A DNA stretch of 64,000 nucleotides from an uncultured Pseudomonadota bacterium (GTDB taxonomy: Bacteria; Pseudomonadota; Alphaproteobacteria; JACZXZ01): contig CAVVLJ010000004.1 in NCBI GenBank assembly GCA_963749075.1, positions 384,001 to 448,000 on the forward strand. The letters are read 5' to 3'. A program made the position numbers and the translations under genes. A model generated the notes under the pieces. The model did no database searches, was not told the DNA's origin, and was given only the letters and a program-made list of their open reading frames with translations. Each line of letters opens with the position of its first letter. The first letter of the stretch is position 1. Below are positions 63,199 to 64,000 of this stretch, piece after piece.

Positions 63199-64000
63199 GC
63201 CCGCTGGAGAAAGGCGCCGAGGAGCGCCATGAACTCCTCGAACCGGTCGTGGTGGACCCAGTGGCCGGCGCCTTCGACCGCGACCGCCCGCGCGTTGCGG
63301 AAGCGCTGCAGCTTGCCGTCCTCGAGCGGGCTCGGCTGCCGGCTCAGCTTGCCGTGGACGAGGAGCGTCGGGCAGGCGATGGCGGCCCAGAGCTGCTCGA
63401 CCTCGGCGTCGGCCATGTCGTAGGGCGGCCAGACGCGCACGTAATTGTCGAACTTCCAGCTGAAGCTGCCGTCCTCGTTCTGCTTGACGCCGCGAAGGGT
63501 GAGGTGCCAGGCCTGCTCGGCCGAGAGGCGCGGGAACTGCTCCCGCATGCGCGCGGCGGCCTCGTCGACGGAACCGTAGCGGCGCGGCGTGCGCGAGGCG
63601 AGCGCCCGCTTGGCCTCGATCCAGCTCCGCATGCGTTCCGCCATCATCTTGTTCCGATCGTGTCCGCCGGCCATGGGCGGCGGGCCCAGCCCCAGCCCCT
63701 CGATGACGACGAGCTTCTGCACCGCGTCTGGATGGATGCCAGCGTAGCGCAGCGAGATGCGGCCGCCGAGCGAGTGGGCGACGATGGTGACGGGAGCGAG
63801 GCGCTGCTGTGCCACGAGCTCGGCGAGATCGAAGACGTAGCCCGCCATGGTGTAGGTGCCGTCGCTCACCCACTGGCTGTCGCCGTGCCCGCGCAGGTCT
63901 GGTGCGATGACATGCCAAGCGTGGCGCAGCCGCTCGGCCACCCAGTCCCAGCTCGAGCAGTGATCGCGCCCGCCATGAACGAGGAGAAGCGGCGGCGCTT
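63195..64000 (-). CDS. Alpha/beta hydrolase, 5' end outside window
   Basis: LLLVHGG..W upstream in frame, DLRGHGDS, AHSLGG, AGHWVHHD. Confidence 0.9.
   Translation of the reverse strand, partial: APPLLLVHGGRDHCSSWDWVAERLRHAWHVIAPDLRGHGDSQWVSDGTYTMAGYVFDLAELVAQQRLAPVTIVAHSLGGRISLRYAGIHPDAVQKLVVIEGLGLGPPPMAGGHDRNKMMAERMRSWIEAKRALASRTPRRYGSVDEAAARMREQFPRLSAEQAWHLTLRGVKQNEDGSFSWKFDNYVRVWPPYDMADAEVEQLWAAIACPTLLVHGKLSRQPSPLEDGKLQRFRNARAVAVEGAGHWVHHDRFEEFMALLGAFLQRA

Overview
High-GC alphaproteobacterial chromosome segment; gene order is Rhodospirillales-like (my inference). The core backbone runs gap-tkt / zapA-6S RNA-5-FTHF cycloligase-ymdB ... yebC-ruvCAB-ybgC-tolQRAB-pal-cpoB-tilS-ftsH-folP-glmM-thiD ... 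serC-serA ... hisZ-purA, rpoH-rluD, ltaE and tRNA-Glu(CTC). Accessory DNA is interspersed: a Csu-type (spore coat U) chaperone-usher pilus cluster, several type II toxin-antitoxin loci, a MocR-linked amino-acid export/editing cluster, two transglutaminase-like genes, and a MarR / MoaD-ThiS-like / BNR beta-propeller / VOC unit. The most striking structure is a 1554-bp integrase-free unit at the 3' end of ymdB. It holds one AAA+ ATPase-DUF4143 nuclease gene preceded by 22-bp-phased repeats and is bracketed by two diverged 160-bp copies of the ymdB 3' end whose differences are almost all synonymous. Also present are a 164-bp MITE with terminal inverted repeats and a 10-bp target duplication, several nested palindromic REP-like elements, and a toxin-gene remnant apparently displaced by vapBC. 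About nine genes, including purA, carry single-base frameshifts that most likely are sequencing or assembly errors. All alignments and counts were done by eye, and family names come from motif recognition rather than database searches.
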